Shown: positions 10,776-21,374, numbered from the stretch's first letter. The stretch is DNA of 64,000 nucleotides from an uncultured Butyrivibrio sp. (GCA_964405265.1 CAYONC010000006.1:38174-102173), one strand, 5' to 3'. Translations and numbers: made by a program. Notes: generated by a model not told the origin, from the letters alone.

Positions 10776-10780
10776 GATTT

Positions 10781-12010
10781 CTAACTGTACTTCTTAATTA
10801 TTATGCTTGCATTATGTCCTCCAAATCCAAGAGAATTTGACATTGCATATTCCATTTCGCATTTTCTTCCTTCATTGGCAACTATATCCAGGTCACACAG
10901 TTCGTCTTTTTCCCTGTAATTAATCGTTGCCGGAACATATCCTTCCTTCACTGCAAGCGTTGTTATTATTGCTTCAACTGCCCCGCTTGCCCCTAAAAGA
11001 TGTCCTGTCATTGATTTGGTTGAACTGATCAGCACTCTATCCGCCGCCGGACCGAATGCACTCTTTACCGCCATGGTCTCCACTTTATCATTCATCGGTG
11101 TGGATGTCCCGTGTGCATTTATATACTTAATGTCTTCCGGATGTATTCCTGCATCTTTCATAGCATCCGTCATGCATTTTGCAGCACGACTTCCGTCTTC
11201 AAGAGGTGCCGTTATATGATGTGCATCACAATTTGTTCCGTATCCGGCTATCTCACCGTATATTTTTGCATTTCTTCTTAATGCGTGTTCAAGCTCTTCC
11301 AGCACAAGGATACCTGCCCCTTCTCCAAGTACAAAACCGCTCCGTTCCCTGTCAAAGGGTATTGAAGCACGATTAGGATCATCTGACCTTGTAAGTGCCT
11401 TAGAGGTTGTAAATCCGCCTATTACAAGCCTGTTCACACTTGCTTCGGTTCCTCCGCACAGCATTACATCCGCATATCCGTCACGTATATGTCTGAAACC
11501 GTCTCCGACTGCATTGGTTCCGCCGGCACATGCAGTAACGGAGCATGAACACATTCCCTGAAAGTTATGTTTTATGGCAATTCTTCCTGCCGCCATATTA
11601 GAAATTACAGCCGGAATCAGATATGGTGACACTCTGTCAAAGCCCTTTTCCTGTCCCTTCTCAAATTCCCTGCATATTGTTTCAATTCCGCCTATACCGC
11701 TTGAAACAATTACACCACAGCGGTCTTCTTCTCCCTCAACGGAAATGCCGGAGTCCGCCATCGCCTCATCCGATGCAATAAGTCCGTATGCTGAAAACAA
11801 ATCCATCTTTCTCAAATCATGATTATCCACAAGTTCTTCAAGCGGAAGATTTTTAACCTCTGCCGCAACCTTAACTTTCCTGTCGGAGGCATCATATTTT
11901 GATATAAAGCCAATTCCGCAGCGTCCTTCAAGGATTCCTTCCCACATTTCCTTTACATTATTTCCAATTGGCGTAACAGCTCCCATACCTGTAATAACTA
12001 CTCGTCTCAT
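10781..12010 (-). CDS. fabF: 3-oxoacyl-ACP synthase II
   Basis: VVITGMG start, TACAGG catalytic Cys, NAHGTST, GHLLGA, SNSLGFGGHN. Confidence 0.96.
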   Translation of the reverse strand: MRRVVITGMGAVTPIGNNVKEMWEGILEGRCGIGFISKYDASDRKVKVAAEVKNLPLEELVDNHDLRKMDLFSAYGLIASDEAMADSGISVEGEEDRCGVIVSSGIGGIETICREFEKGQEKGFDRVSPYLIPAVISNMAAGRIAIKHNFQGMCSCSVTACAGGTNAVGDGFRHIRDGYADVMLCGGTEASVNRLVIGGFTTSKALTRSDDPNRASIPFDRERSGFVLGEGAGILVLEELEHALRRNAKIYGEIAGYGTNCDAHHITAPLEDGSRAAKCMTDAMKDAGIHPEDIKYINAHGTSTPMNDKVETMAVKSAFGPAADRVLISSTKSMTGHLLGASGAVEAIITTLAVKEGYVPATINYREKDELCDLDIVANEGRKCEMEYAMSNSLGFGGHNASIIIKKYS

Positions 12011-12033
12011 TGCTGCTCCTTTTTGTATATTTA

Positions 12034-12972
12034 TCAGGTTTCAACAATCATGCCTGCCCACGTAAAACCGGCACCGAATGTCACCAGTAAAAGCTTCTGT
12101 CCCTGTTTCAAAAGTCCTGCTTCATGCATTTCATCAAGTGCTATCGGAATTGTTGCAGCCGAAGTATTACCGTAACTGCCTATGTTTTTGAAAATTTTCT
12201 CTTCCGGAACGCCTAATTTCCTGCATACACTGTCTATAATACGTTCATTCGCCTGATGACATACCACATAATCTATTTCATCCATCGAAATTCCGGACAT
12301 TTCAAGCACTTCCTTTGCAGCCTCTCCCATTCTCCTGACTGCATTCTTAAAAACCTTCTGTCCATCCATGAATACCGTCGCTTTTCCCATATTCTGTCCC
12401 GTGCATCCTAAGACATCAAGCATGCCTTCAGAGCCGAGGACCGAGTACAGCTCACTATCAGACTTTAATTTAACCACCGTGGCGCCGGCTCCGTCTCCAA
12501 ACAGAATACAGGTATTCCTGTCTTCCATGTCCAGTCTTGATGATATCTGTTCCGAACCGATAACCAGTGCATATGGTGCAGCCATGCTTCCAAGCATGGA
12601 AGCGGCTATTCTCAGACTGTATACATATCCGGCACACGCAGCATTAATGTCAAATGACGGTATATCCGTTCTGAGTCCAAGCCTTTCATGCAATATGCAT
12701 GATACGGATGGTGCCGCATAATCAGGTGTAAAGGTTGCCACAATAAGCATTCCTATCTCTGATTTATCTATGCCTGCATTGTTTATTGCCCGTACTGCTG
12801 CAGCATATGCCAGATCGGTATTGGACTCATCCACGCAGAAATGTCTCTGTCTGATACCGGTTTTGGTTGAAATCCATTCATCACTTGTGTCAACCATCCT
12901 GCTTAAATCTTCATTAGTAATGACTTTGTCCGGCACTGCACTTCCGGTTGCCACTATCTGTATACCTGTCAT
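12034..12972 (-). CDS. fabH: 3-oxoacyl-ACP synthase III
   Basis: AACAG (Cys), CHQAN (His), GNTSAA (Asn), FGAGFTW. Confidence 0.95.
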   Translation of the reverse strand: MTGIQIVATGSAVPDKVITNEDLSRMVDTSDEWISTKTGIRQRHFCVDESNTDLAYAAAVRAINNAGIDKSEIGMLIVATFTPDYAAPSVSCILHERLGLRTDIPSFDINAACAGYVYSLRIAASMLGSMAAPYALVIGSEQISSRLDMEDRNTCILFGDGAGATVVKLKSDSELYSVLGSEGMLDVLGCTGQNMGKATVFMDGQKVFKNAVRRMGEAAKEVLEMSGISMDEIDYVVCHQANERIIDSVCRKLGVPEEKIFKNIGSYGNTSAATIPIALDEMHEAGLLKQGQKLLLVTFGAGFTWAGMIVET

Positions 12973-12997
12973 ATCCTATCCTCACCAATTCCGGTTA

Positions 12998-13222
12998 TTA
13001 TACCAGACTTTCCACGAAATCAACTATATCCTTAACTGTTTTAAGATCTGAAATTTTATCCTCAGGTATCGTAATATCAAATTCCTCTTCTATTGACATA
13101 CATAATTCAACCGCATCAAGTGAATCCGCACCCAGATCATCTATAAGGCTTGCATCCATTGTAATAATGTCTTCTCCGCAGCTTAATGTACCGTTAATGA
13201 TTTCTCTGATTTTTTCAAACAT
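12998..13222 (-). CDS. acpP: Acyl carrier protein
   Basis: DLGADSLDAVEL phosphopantetheine site; acidic 74 aa. Confidence 0.96.
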   Translation of the reverse strand: MFEKIREIINGTLSCGEDIITMDASLIDDLGADSLDAVELCMSIEEEFDITIPEDKISDLKTVKDIVDFVESLV

Positions 13223-13277
13223 CTTAATTTCTCCTATTGTGTGTTTTTACTACGTCCGTAAACGCAGTTTGAGTTGT

Positions 13278-13306
13278 ATTTTATACATAAACAATCATAC
13301 TGTCAA
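13278..13306 (-). promoter_or_regulatory. Sigma-A type promoter for acpP-fabH-fabF
   Basis: TTGACA-17 bp-TAAAAT on the minus strand. Confidence 0.75.
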
Positions 13307-13312
13307 GTTATT

Positions 13313-15211
13313 TCAGCAGCCGGTCTCTCTGATGCCTGTAACTGCCGGGTTCTTTTCCCTCAGAAATTCCAGACATTCTTTCTCAGGAAGCGGTTTGGAA
13401 AAGTAATAACCCTGTATGTATTGTATTCCGAGCTCCTGCATGATTTTTAACTGTTCCTCCGTTTCAATCCCTTCAGATACAATGTCAAGCTGAAGTCCCT
13501 GTATCATATGCATTGCGGCATTCATAACATATTTTGCCTTGTAGCTTTCAAAATATGCATTAACCATGTCCCTGTCAAATTTAACGATATCGACAGGCAT
13601 GTCCACGATATAATTAAGATTACTCTGCCCTGTACCGAAATCATCCAGTGAAAATCCCACTCCGAAATTTTTAAGATTTGAAAGATTCCGTATCAGTCTG
13701 TTTCTCGACTTCATCGTTGCTGACTCTGTAATCTCAAGATTAATCATTCTTCCCGGAATGTTGTGTTTTTTCATTATCGAAATAAACTTCTCCGCCAATC
13801 CGTCACATTCACACTGTATCACCGAGAGATTTACTTCAATATATTCTATACCGTATCGTGTCACATCCGTAGTTGCAAGAAACATGCACACCTTCTCAAA
13901 TACGATTTCACCAAGTCTCAATATCGAACCGTTTTTCTCTGCCACTTCAATAAATCTGCCCGGCGGGATTATTTTTCCTTCCGCATCACGGATACGTGCA
14001 AGTGCCTCCGCCGTTGCAAAATATTTTTTCTCAGTGGAATATATAGGCTGGTAAAAGACCTCAACCCTGTCATTTTCCATTGCTTCATTGATAAGCTTGC
14101 CCGTTTCAATCTCCTGCTTCATGCTGTCAGCTGCATTTTCATCAATTACAAAGCAGTTCTTCTCGGCAATGTCCGAGGTTGTTCCTCCCCATCTTATAAG
14201 GCGGAGCAGTTCATTAATTCCTCCTGCCGTATCAGAATCAGGCAAATAAATTATGTATGGTTTAATGACATTATATCCTTCACCGATATACTTACCGCAC
14301 AGCTCTTCATACTTATTCCCTGCTGCTTCACGGTCTTCGTATATAATAAAAAAGTCATCCTCATTTGTCTTAAATGCATACGTTCCCCTGATGTCAACAA
14401 GATCACTTACAAGCGACTGCTTAAAAGCGTAAATGTCATGAGATGATACATGGCTGCTGCCGTATGCCGTTATCATTATCAGCGAAAATTTTCTGCCGTT
14501 TCCGTATTGCTGGCTGAGAAACGGCTGAAATGTATTCTGATTGAACAGTCCCGTTTCCCTGTCAATTGCCGACTCAGGATTTTCGAGCTTGATATATATG
14601 ATAAGTACGCCTATTGCTATGGTAAAACTGACGGTTATGTATCCCGGAGCCCATATTATTGCAATCATTGCCGCAATCCAGATTGCAAACCATCCAGTTA
14701 CAACATTCTTTCTTCTCACATCTATCAAATGTCTGTATCTTGATAATGCCGCAATGGTAATAATAAGTTCACTTACTATTGATGCATATACGAAAACAAC
14801 GGCGGCTCCCACAGCCGTCCTGTTACCGTTAACATCCATGTAACGCATGGGAAGTACGACCGTCATGATTATCTGGAAAATCTTGTATATTGCAAACATC
14901 CTTGCTATCTTTTTATATTTAAGGGATTTTCCGTACATTCCGCTGAATACATACAAAATTGCATAATATACCGTGACAAGCAGGGCTATTTTATGTATTC
15001 TGACCATCGTTACTGCAAGAATCTCCGGCATTTCCGCCATTCTTCCGAGTGCAACGGTAGAAAACACATCTGCGGTCAGATATATGATTGAAGTTACTAT
15101 CAGGCCAAAGAAAGCCGATTCCGTATTAAGAAATACCTTCTTACAGCTCAGATAAAAATACAGGACTACCGATAACAAAAGCAGTCCGCATAACTGTACG
15201 GCTATATTCAT
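13313..15211 (-). CDS. Membrane-bound EAL-domain c-di-GMP phosphodiesterase with degenerate GGDEF-like middle domain
   Basis: Multi-TM N-terminus; YQPI, EALAR, VNLS, EITE, LDDFGTG, KFDR, VSEGIET, QGYYFSKP intact; KTNEDDF at the GGDEF position. Confidence 0.88.
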   Translation of the reverse strand: MNIAVQLCGLLLLSVVLYFYLSCKKVFLNTESAFFGLIVTSIIYLTADVFSTVALGRMAEMPEILAVTMVRIHKIALLVTVYYAILYVFSGMYGKSLKYKKIARMFAIYKIFQIIMTVVLPMRYMDVNGNRTAVGAAVVFVYASIVSELIITIAALSRYRHLIDVRRKNVVTGWFAIWIAAMIAIIWAPGYITVSFTIAIGVLIIYIKLENPESAIDRETGLFNQNTFQPFLSQQYGNGRKFSLIMITAYGSSHVSSHDIYAFKQSLVSDLVDIRGTYAFKTNEDDFFIIYEDREAAGNKYEELCGKYIGEGYNVIKPYIIYLPDSDTAGGINELLRLIRWGGTTSDIAEKNCFVIDENAADSMKQEIETGKLINEAMENDRVEVFYQPIYSTEKKYFATAEALARIRDAEGKIIPPGRFIEVAEKNGSILRLGEIVFEKVCMFLATTDVTRYGIEYIEVNLSVIQCECDGLAEKFISIMKKHNIPGRMINLEITESATMKSRNRLIRNLSNLKNFGVGFSLDDFGTGQSNLNYIVDMPVDIVKFDRDMVNAYFESYKAKYVMNAAMHMIQGLQLDIVSEGIETEEQLKIMQELGIQYIQGYYFSKPLPEKECLEFLREKNPAVTGIRETGC

Positions 15212-15239
15212 TACTCTTTCTCCTGTCCTTACAAGTCTG

Positions 15240-15878
15240 CTATCTCATTATTTTATACCTTTTACGCCTTTTTTTCCTGCATTTTTTCCCATTGTCGATA
15301 TTTTTCTTATATTCCGTAATTATCTCATCAATCAGTGTATAATCCCTTTCAAAAAGTTCTTCCGTAATCTGTGCCGCAAGCATGTTTGTCGACACGTTGT
15401 CGATAATTTTATCAATAACAAATGCACGGCTTTTTCCCCTGTACTTATACATTCCGTTAATTTCCTGAATGTGTACCAGCTCAGGTCTCCACAGCAGTGA
15501 CAGCTTATCCCTTATATTCATTCCCGGATTAAGTGACGGTTCCCTCATTACATAAAAATCCGGCTTTCCTTCCTCTTCATCTACGGTAATGATTCCCCAA
15601 TGCTCCGGAACATGATCTGACACGCCCGTGGCATGCCTGCTCCCCGCAACAATACAGTTATAGTCAAAATACCTGTCATAATCTTTTATCTGGCTCTCAA
15701 GTCTCGCATAGGTATCGGCATCACTCTTTATTTCAATTCCAATCAGACCGCTTTCCGTAACGGCTATTACGTCAGCCCTTGAATTACCCATGTTTTTTTC
15801 TTCAATAATTCTTATTTTGTCATATTTCATTTCAAGGAAATCAAAAAGAGGTTCCCTTATATCCCTGTCGTAAAGCAT
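15240..15878 (-). CDS. sce7726/MmcB-like PD-(D/E)xK-fold protein
   Basis: RADVIAV...GIEIKSDADTYARLESQIKDY.RYFD pattern; ATG at 15878 with SD preferred over 15911. Confidence 0.72.
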   Translation of the reverse strand: MLYDRDIREPLFDFLEMKYDKIRIIEEKNMGNSRADVIAVTESGLIGIEIKSDADTYARLESQIKDYDRYFDYNCIVAGSRHATGVSDHVPEHWGIITVDEEEGKPDFYVMREPSLNPGMNIRDKLSLLWRPELVHIQEINGMYKYRGKSRAFVIDKIIDNVSTNMLAAQITEELFERDYTLIDEIITEYKKNIDNGKKCRKKRRKRYKIMR

Positions 15879-15880
15879 TT

Positions 15881-17602
15881 TTATGTCCTTTTCAGATATT
15901 TCAGCGTACATTCCAGCTCATAATCCCCGTTCGTACCGGAGAAAATCTGCATTGCACCTTCATAATCAAGTCTTATACGGTAATCAAGTTCAATATTGCT
16001 CTTCCTGTCCGAATCAGTGTCAATCAGCGGATACCCTTCTTCGGCAAGGACAAGTCCTGCCGGATATTTAACCGTAAAACCGCTGTCAGTCATAACACAC
16101 AGCCCGCCCATGTTCTGGTCAACACCACAGCTTACCGTAATTCCGGTGATTACGGCATTATCAAGTTTTGAAAAATTATATGCCATGTTATCACCTGCAC
16201 TGCAGCAGGCATAGTTAACAAGCACCGCAACCTCAATATCACTGTATTTTCCGTTTCCATAAACGTAATGTTTTTCATTGACGCTGTATTTTGTTCCGTC
16301 ATATATGCCTATTCCGTGTGCATAAAAAGTATCCTCCGTAAACATTGAAACGATTGTTGAAGAAATATCATCGATGCCGCCCACATTGTTTCTTAAATCT
16401 ATGATAAGCTTTTTCATTCCCTGTTCCCTCAGAGCCGACAGCTTTTCATCAAGTGCTTTTTCAAGCGACGGATGCTTTCCCGTAACCATTGAAAATGCAT
16501 CCCTTACATAATCGTAAAATTCTTCCGTTATTCTTATATATCCGCATTCCGAATCAAGCATTTCACACGTATAATTAGAATAATTCCTGACATTCTGCCA
16601 CGTAAAAAGACTTATTGCCCTGTCAAGCCTTTCTGCATAGCTGCCGTTTTTTTCAAGAACCACACAATGAGTTTTTCCTTCTTCATCCTCATATACGGTC
16701 TCAACTCTGTCTCCGCCTTTTCCCGCAAGGAACATTGCCCTGAAATAATCTTCGTTTTCCCTGACGGGAAATGCAAGCCCCGGATATATACATTCAACAG
16801 TCTCGATTGCCTTTCCGGTATCCTCCCCGTTCCATTTTTTTATCACATATCCATCCCTTATTCCCTTTTTGTATGCTTCTCCGCCGTATTCAACAAGAAT
16901 TGCTGCCGTATCTCCGTTATCCAGCGTAATCATGGACATTCCGTAATCGTTTCCCGCAAGAATTTCTTTTGCACCGGCTTCATATTCTGATTCCGTAATA
17001 ACGTGTCTGTCATAAAAATAATAGGAATATGTCACAAGTGCCGCGTAGAAAAGAGCCGGATTATTTTCTTCCTCAGCCTGTTCAGCCATAGGCATAACCT
17101 TTGACTCAATCATGTCATAATCCGTTTTTTTCCAGTCAGAAAGTACATATTCCTGTTTCATTGTCTCTATTACCGCTTTCATGGAATCCCTGTATCCCAT
17201 CCGTGTAAAATTATGCACGGCAGGAGAAACGGAAAGCGGTATTATTAATGTTGCCGCCATTGCCGCAAATGACATTATAATGGTAAATACCGCCGAAACC
17301 GTATATAACTTTCCTGTTTTATAAAAAAACTGCCATATAAAAACAAACACCGCCGCCGCATACATTGTTGCATAAAGCGTAAATGTAAGCCGGGCATTTC
17401 CCGTAAACCTGTGTACCGCAAAATGCAGAAGGCATAAAATAACGGGTATCCCGCACAAAATTCTCCATACATACGGTCCGTGGTTCTTCTTAACCATTAT
17501 ACCGTGCACGGCTGCAAGCATAACCGACGAAATAAAAATAAATACCGCAAGTACTACCGTTGTGCGTTCCTCCAGAACAATATAATTTTTAATGTTTTCC
17601 AT
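15881..17602 (-). CDS. Membrane-anchored S41-family peptidase
   Basis: N-terminal TMs, PDZ-like segment, KLIIDLRNNVGG, VLVNYACCSAGD, ITGITVSCG. Confidence 0.78.
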   Translation of the reverse strand: MENIKNYIVLEERTTVVLAVFIFISSVMLAAVHGIMVKKNHGPYVWRILCGIPVILCLLHFAVHRFTGNARLTFTLYATMYAAAVFVFIWQFFYKTGKLYTVSAVFTIIMSFAAMAATLIIPLSVSPAVHNFTRMGYRDSMKAVIETMKQEYVLSDWKKTDYDMIESKVMPMAEQAEEENNPALFYAALVTYSYYFYDRHVITESEYEAGAKEILAGNDYGMSMITLDNGDTAAILVEYGGEAYKKGIRDGYVIKKWNGEDTGKAIETVECIYPGLAFPVRENEDYFRAMFLAGKGGDRVETVYEDEEGKTHCVVLEKNGSYAERLDRAISLFTWQNVRNYSNYTCEMLDSECGYIRITEEFYDYVRDAFSMVTGKHPSLEKALDEKLSALREQGMKKLIIDLRNNVGGIDDISSTIVSMFTEDTFYAHGIGIYDGTKYSVNEKHYVYGNGKYSDIEVAVLVNYACCSAGDNMAYNFSKLDNAVITGITVSCGVDQNMGGLCVMTDSGFTVKYPAGLVLAEEGYPLIDTDSDRKSNIELDYRIRLDYEGAMQIFSGTNGDYELECTLKYLKRT

Positions 17603-17616
17603 AATAAAAGTCCGTT

Positions 17617-18471
17617 TCAGATTTCATGAAGGTTTTTAAGCGACAAATCCATTATCTGTGCAGAATGTGTCAGTGCACCGCTTGATATATAATCCACTCC
17701 AAGGTCTGTAAGTTCTGCTATCCTGTCTGCCGTTATGTTTCCGGATACTTCAACCTCTGCACTTTTTCCGATTATTTCCATGGCCTCTTTCATGCAGTCA
17801 TGTGTCATGTTATCCAGCATTATAATGTCTGCACCTGCTTCCACAGCTTCCTTTACCTGTTCAAGCGTCTCCGTTTCCACTTCAATTTTTCTTACAAACG
17901 GAGCATATTCCTTCGCCATTTCCACGGCTTTTCTGACACTTCCGGCAGCTCCGATATGGTTATCTTTAAGAAGCACTCCGTCAGACAGGTTATATCTGTG
18001 ATTATTTCCGTTGCCGACTTTTACTGAATATTTTTCAAATATTCTGTTATTAGGTGACGTTTTCCTGGTATCCAGAAGCTTTATGCCGCTTCCTTCAAGC
18101 ATTTCAGCCATTTTCCGTGTACAGGTTGCTATTCCGCTCATCCGCTGTAAATAATTAAGTGCGGTTCTTTCTCCGCTCAGTATTACCCTGATGTCACCTT
18201 TCACGGTTCCCAGCAGCTGTCCCGCCTTTACACGGTCTCCGTCACTGACATGAAATACGGTTTCCGTATTTTCATCCAGAAGCGTAAATACCCTGGCAAA
18301 TACCCACAATCCGCAGATTATGCCGTCCTGCTTGCATATAAGCTCAGCCTGTCCTTTTTTTGCTTCCCTCATTACGCAGTTGGTGGATACATCCTCACTC
18401 GTTATGTCTTCCCTTAATGCATTAAGTATAAGCGGCTCTGCATTAAGCTTCATTGAAATATTATCTGTCAT
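17617..18471 (-). CDS. nadC: Quinolinate phosphoribosyltransferase
   Basis: GERTALNYLQRMSGIAT, DTRKT, NHRYNLSD, KDNH, EVE, IMLDN. Confidence 0.97.
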   Translation of the reverse strand: MTDNISMKLNAEPLILNALREDITSEDVSTNCVMREAKKGQAELICKQDGIICGLWVFARVFTLLDENTETVFHVSDGDRVKAGQLLGTVKGDIRVILSGERTALNYLQRMSGIATCTRKMAEMLEGSGIKLLDTRKTSPNNRIFEKYSVKVGNGNNHRYNLSDGVLLKDNHIGAAGSVRKAVEMAKEYAPFVRKIEVETETLEQVKEAVEAGADIIMLDNMTHDCMKEAMEIIGKSAEVEVSGNITADRIAELTDLGVDYISSGALTHSAQIMDLSLKNLHEI

Positions 18472-19747
18472 AATCTGCCTCCTGTAATTTTTTCCTGACT
18501 ATGGATGCATTTTCAGCATCAAATTCTTCTTCGTTATAATATTTTGAAATATCGGTTTCCTGCAGCACGGCAAATTCTTCTTTATCAATGTTCTTTGAAA
18601 TGTCAGCTGCCGCCCTTCCTGCAAATACAAGGCTTTCAAGCAGTGAATTACTTGCCAGCCGGTTCTTTCCGTGAACACCGTTGCATGCTGTTTCTCCCAC
18701 GGCATACAGGTTCTTCATTGAAGTAAGGCTGTTGTGATCAACCCGTATTCCTCCCATAAAATAATGCTGTGCCGGAACAACGGGTATTCTCTGTGCGGTT
18801 ACATCATAACCATTCTCCCTTAAATGTGCCTCTATATTTGGAAAATGAGATTTAATTTCATCAACCGGTATTGTATGTAAGTCCTCCCATACATAATCCG
18901 TACCGTCTTTTTTCATCTGTTTATATATTTCTTTTGTAAGCAGATCCCTCGGAAGAAGCTCATCCACAAATCTCTCTCCTGAAGCATTATAGAGTCTGGC
19001 ACCTTCTCCGCGTACGGATTCAGAAATCAGGAATCTCCTGTCCTCCGGTTTATCACTGTAAAAAGTAGTCGGATGTATCTGCACATATGTAATGTCTTTC
19101 AGCTTTATCCCGTGTCTCACCGCTATTGCTATTCCATCACCTGTAAGATGTCTGAAATTTGTTGAATGCCTGTATAATCCGCCTACGCCGCCCGTGGCAA
19201 GCACAACCTTTTTAGTGCTTACGGTTTCAACCCTTCCGTCACTGCATCTTATGATGCAGCCCGTGCACACGTTGTCTTTTTCAATTATGTCCAGTATTTT
19301 TGTATATTCAAGAATGGTTACGTTAGGCTTTTTCATAACCTCACGGATAAGCGTTTCCGTAATTTCCTTTCCGGTCTCATCCTTATGAAATACGATTCTT
19401 TCTTCCGAATGTGCTCCTTCTTTCGTAAATGCAAGACTGCCGTCTTCATTTTTCTTAAAATCCGCACCGTATTCCATCAGCTCTTCCACAAGTGCTTTTG
19501 ACGCACGAATCATTATTTCAACTGATTTTCTGTCATTTTCATAATGACCTGCCCTTATGGTATCCTCAAAATAGCTGTCATAATCAGATTCATCCTTCAG
19601 CATACACATTCCTCCCTGTGCAAGAAAGGAATCACTGCTTTTTATATCTGATTTGGTTATAATTGTAATATTAACACTATCAGGAAGATGTAATGCACAA
19701 TACAGTCCTGAACATCCGGTTCCCGCTATAAGTACGTCTGTTTTCAT
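18461..19747 (-). CDS. nadB: L-aspartate oxidase
   Basis: IAGTGCSG FAD motif, SFLAQGG, EGAHS, QIHPT, SESVRGEG, HYFMGG, HGKNRLASNSL; ATG 19747 with SD. Confidence 0.95.
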   Translation of the reverse strand: MKTDVLIAGTGCSGLYCALHLPDSVNITIITKSDIKSSDSFLAQGGMCMLKDESDYDSYFEDTIRAGHYENDRKSVEIMIRASKALVEELMEYGADFKKNEDGSLAFTKEGAHSEERIVFHKDETGKEITETLIREVMKKPNVTILEYTKILDIIEKDNVCTGCIIRCSDGRVETVSTKKVVLATGGVGGLYRHSTNFRHLTGDGIAIAVRHGIKLKDITYVQIHPTTFYSDKPEDRRFLISESVRGEGARLYNASGERFVDELLPRDLLTKEIYKQMKKDGTDYVWEDLHTIPVDEIKSHFPNIEAHLRENGYDVTAQRIPVVPAQHYFMGGIRVDHNSLTSMKNLYAVGETACNGVHGKNRLASNSLLESLVFAGRAAADISKNIDKEEFAVLQETDISKYYNEEEFDAENASIVRKKLQEADYDR

Positions 19748-19761
19748 ATCCGGTCCTTCCA

Positions 19762-20664
19762 TCATGCAAGCTCAAGCATTCTTTCCAACGGTTTTACTGC
19801 TTTATTTATGATATCTTCAGTCAGAATAACTTCATTGATTTCGTTCTCAAGTACATCATATATCTTTTCAAGTGTTATTTTCTGCATATCACCGCATTTC
19901 TGTTCTCTGATTAAGGTATACAGCTTTTTACCCTCTGCCTGTTTTTTTATCTCTGCAAATACACCGTCAACGGTTCCTATAATAAATTCGTCCGCATCGG
20001 TATTTTTTACGTAATTTATTATTCCCGAGGTACTCCCGGTATAATCCGCATATTTCAGGACATCTGCAAGACACTCCGGATGTGCTGCAAATTTTGCATC
20101 CGGATGTGCTTTTCTGGCTTCAATTACATCATGCTCACTTATAATTGTATGCCTCGGACAGTGCCCGGAGTTAAGAATGATATTTTTTTCGGGAACATTT
20201 TTCTTAACAAAGCTTCCGAGATTGGAATCGGGAATAAAAAATACATTCTTATTGGAAAGCTTCTTAACTATGCTTACGGCATTTGCGGATGTAACACATA
20301 CGTCCGAAGCAGCCTTCAGTTCTGCTGTCGAATTTATGTAGCACACTACCGCAAGGTCTTCATATTTTTCCCGCATGATTTTAATTTCCTCAACAGATGC
20401 CATATGTGCCATTGGACAGTCTGCCGTAACGTCCGGAAGAAAAACCCTTTTCTCCGGATTCAGCATTTTGGCACTTTCTCCCATAAATCCGACTCCGGCA
20501 AATATTATTCTGTCTTCCGTAACCTTATTCGCAATTACACTCAGGTAATATGAATCTCCTACGTAATCCGCAATATTCTGTATTTCTTCATCCACATAGT
20601 AATGTGCCAGAATTACGGCATTTTTTTCTTTTTTCAATCTCAATATATCTTCCGTTAATGACAT
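19762..20664 (-). CDS. nadA: Quinolinate synthase
   Basis: ILAHYY, DYVGDS, FMGESAK, CPMA, CYINS, HPEC, CGDM; ATG 20664 after AAGGAG. Confidence 0.96.
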   Translation of the reverse strand: MSLTEDILRLKKEKNAVILAHYYVDEEIQNIADYVGDSYYLSVIANKVTEDRIIFAGVGFMGESAKMLNPEKRVFLPDVTADCPMAHMASVEEIKIMREKYEDLAVVCYINSTAELKAASDVCVTSANAVSIVKKLSNKNVFFIPDSNLGSFVKKNVPEKNIILNSGHCPRHTIISEHDVIEARKAHPDAKFAAHPECLADVLKYADYTGSTSGIINYVKNTDADEFIIGTVDGVFAEIKKQAEGKKLYTLIREQKCGDMQKITLEKIYDVLENEINEVILTEDIINKAVKPLERMLELA

Positions 20665-20669
20665 AATGG

Positions 20670-21374
20670 TCAGTCTCCTTTTGTTCTCACATGAATCAGT
20701 TCTCTTATTACTTCTCCCGCTGCCATCATTCCGGCACATGACGGTACAAATGCAGTACTTCCCGGTATTCTCCCTATCCTGTCATTTCTGCAGGGTTCTT
20801 CTGTTGAATACACAACCTTGAGACGTTCTATGCCTCTTTTTCTTAATTCCCTGCGCATTACCCTTGCAAGCGGACACACCGACGTATTGTATATGTCTGT
20901 TACATGCAGTTTAGACGGCTGCAGCTTATTGCCTGTTCCCATGCAGCTTATTACTGGTATTCCTTTTTGTGTGCATTTTACTATTATATCCAGTTTTGCC
21001 GTTACCGTGTCTATTGCGTCCACTACATAGTCACAGCCGTCAAAATCAAAGTTTTCCGATACCTCTGGCAGATAAAAGCAGTTTATTACCTCAACACGTG
21101 CTTCCGGATTAATGTCAAGAATCCTTTCTTTCATTACTTCTGTCTTCATTCTTCCGACCGTTGAGCCGGCAGCAATTATCTGTCTGTTAATATTGCTTAC
21201 GGATACCCTGTCATTATCAACAAGAATAAATTTTCCTATCCCGCTCCTGGCAAGTCCTTCCGCGACATATCCTCCTACGCCTCCGATACCGAAAATCATG
21301 ACTCTTGCATCTGAAAGTATCTTCATGGAGTCTGTGCCTACAAGCATTTCCATTCTGTCAAACCGTTTTTCCAT
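20670..21374 (-). CDS. tcdA: tRNA threonylcarbamoyladenosine dehydratase (ThiF family)
   Basis: FGIGGVGG, VDNDRV.VSNINRQ, DAID, CMGTGNK, CPLARVMR, PGSTAFVP. Confidence 0.9.
   Translation of the reverse strand: MEKRFDRMEMLVGTDSMKILSDARVMIFGIGGVGGYVAEGLARSGIGKFILVDNDRVSVSNINRQIIAAGSTVGRMKTEVMKERILDINPEARVEVINCFYLPEVSENFDFDGCDYVVDAIDTVTAKLDIIVKCTQKGIPVISCMGTGNKLQPSKLHVTDIYNTSVCPLARVMRRELRKRGIERLKVVYSTEEPCRNDRIGRIPGSTAFVPSCAGMMAAGEVIRELIHVRTKGD

Noticed and set aside
19748-20739. Longer starts given by the ORF track for nadB (19765) and nadA (20739)
   Set aside because: They overlap upstream genes; downstream ATGs have good SD sequences and match family N-termini
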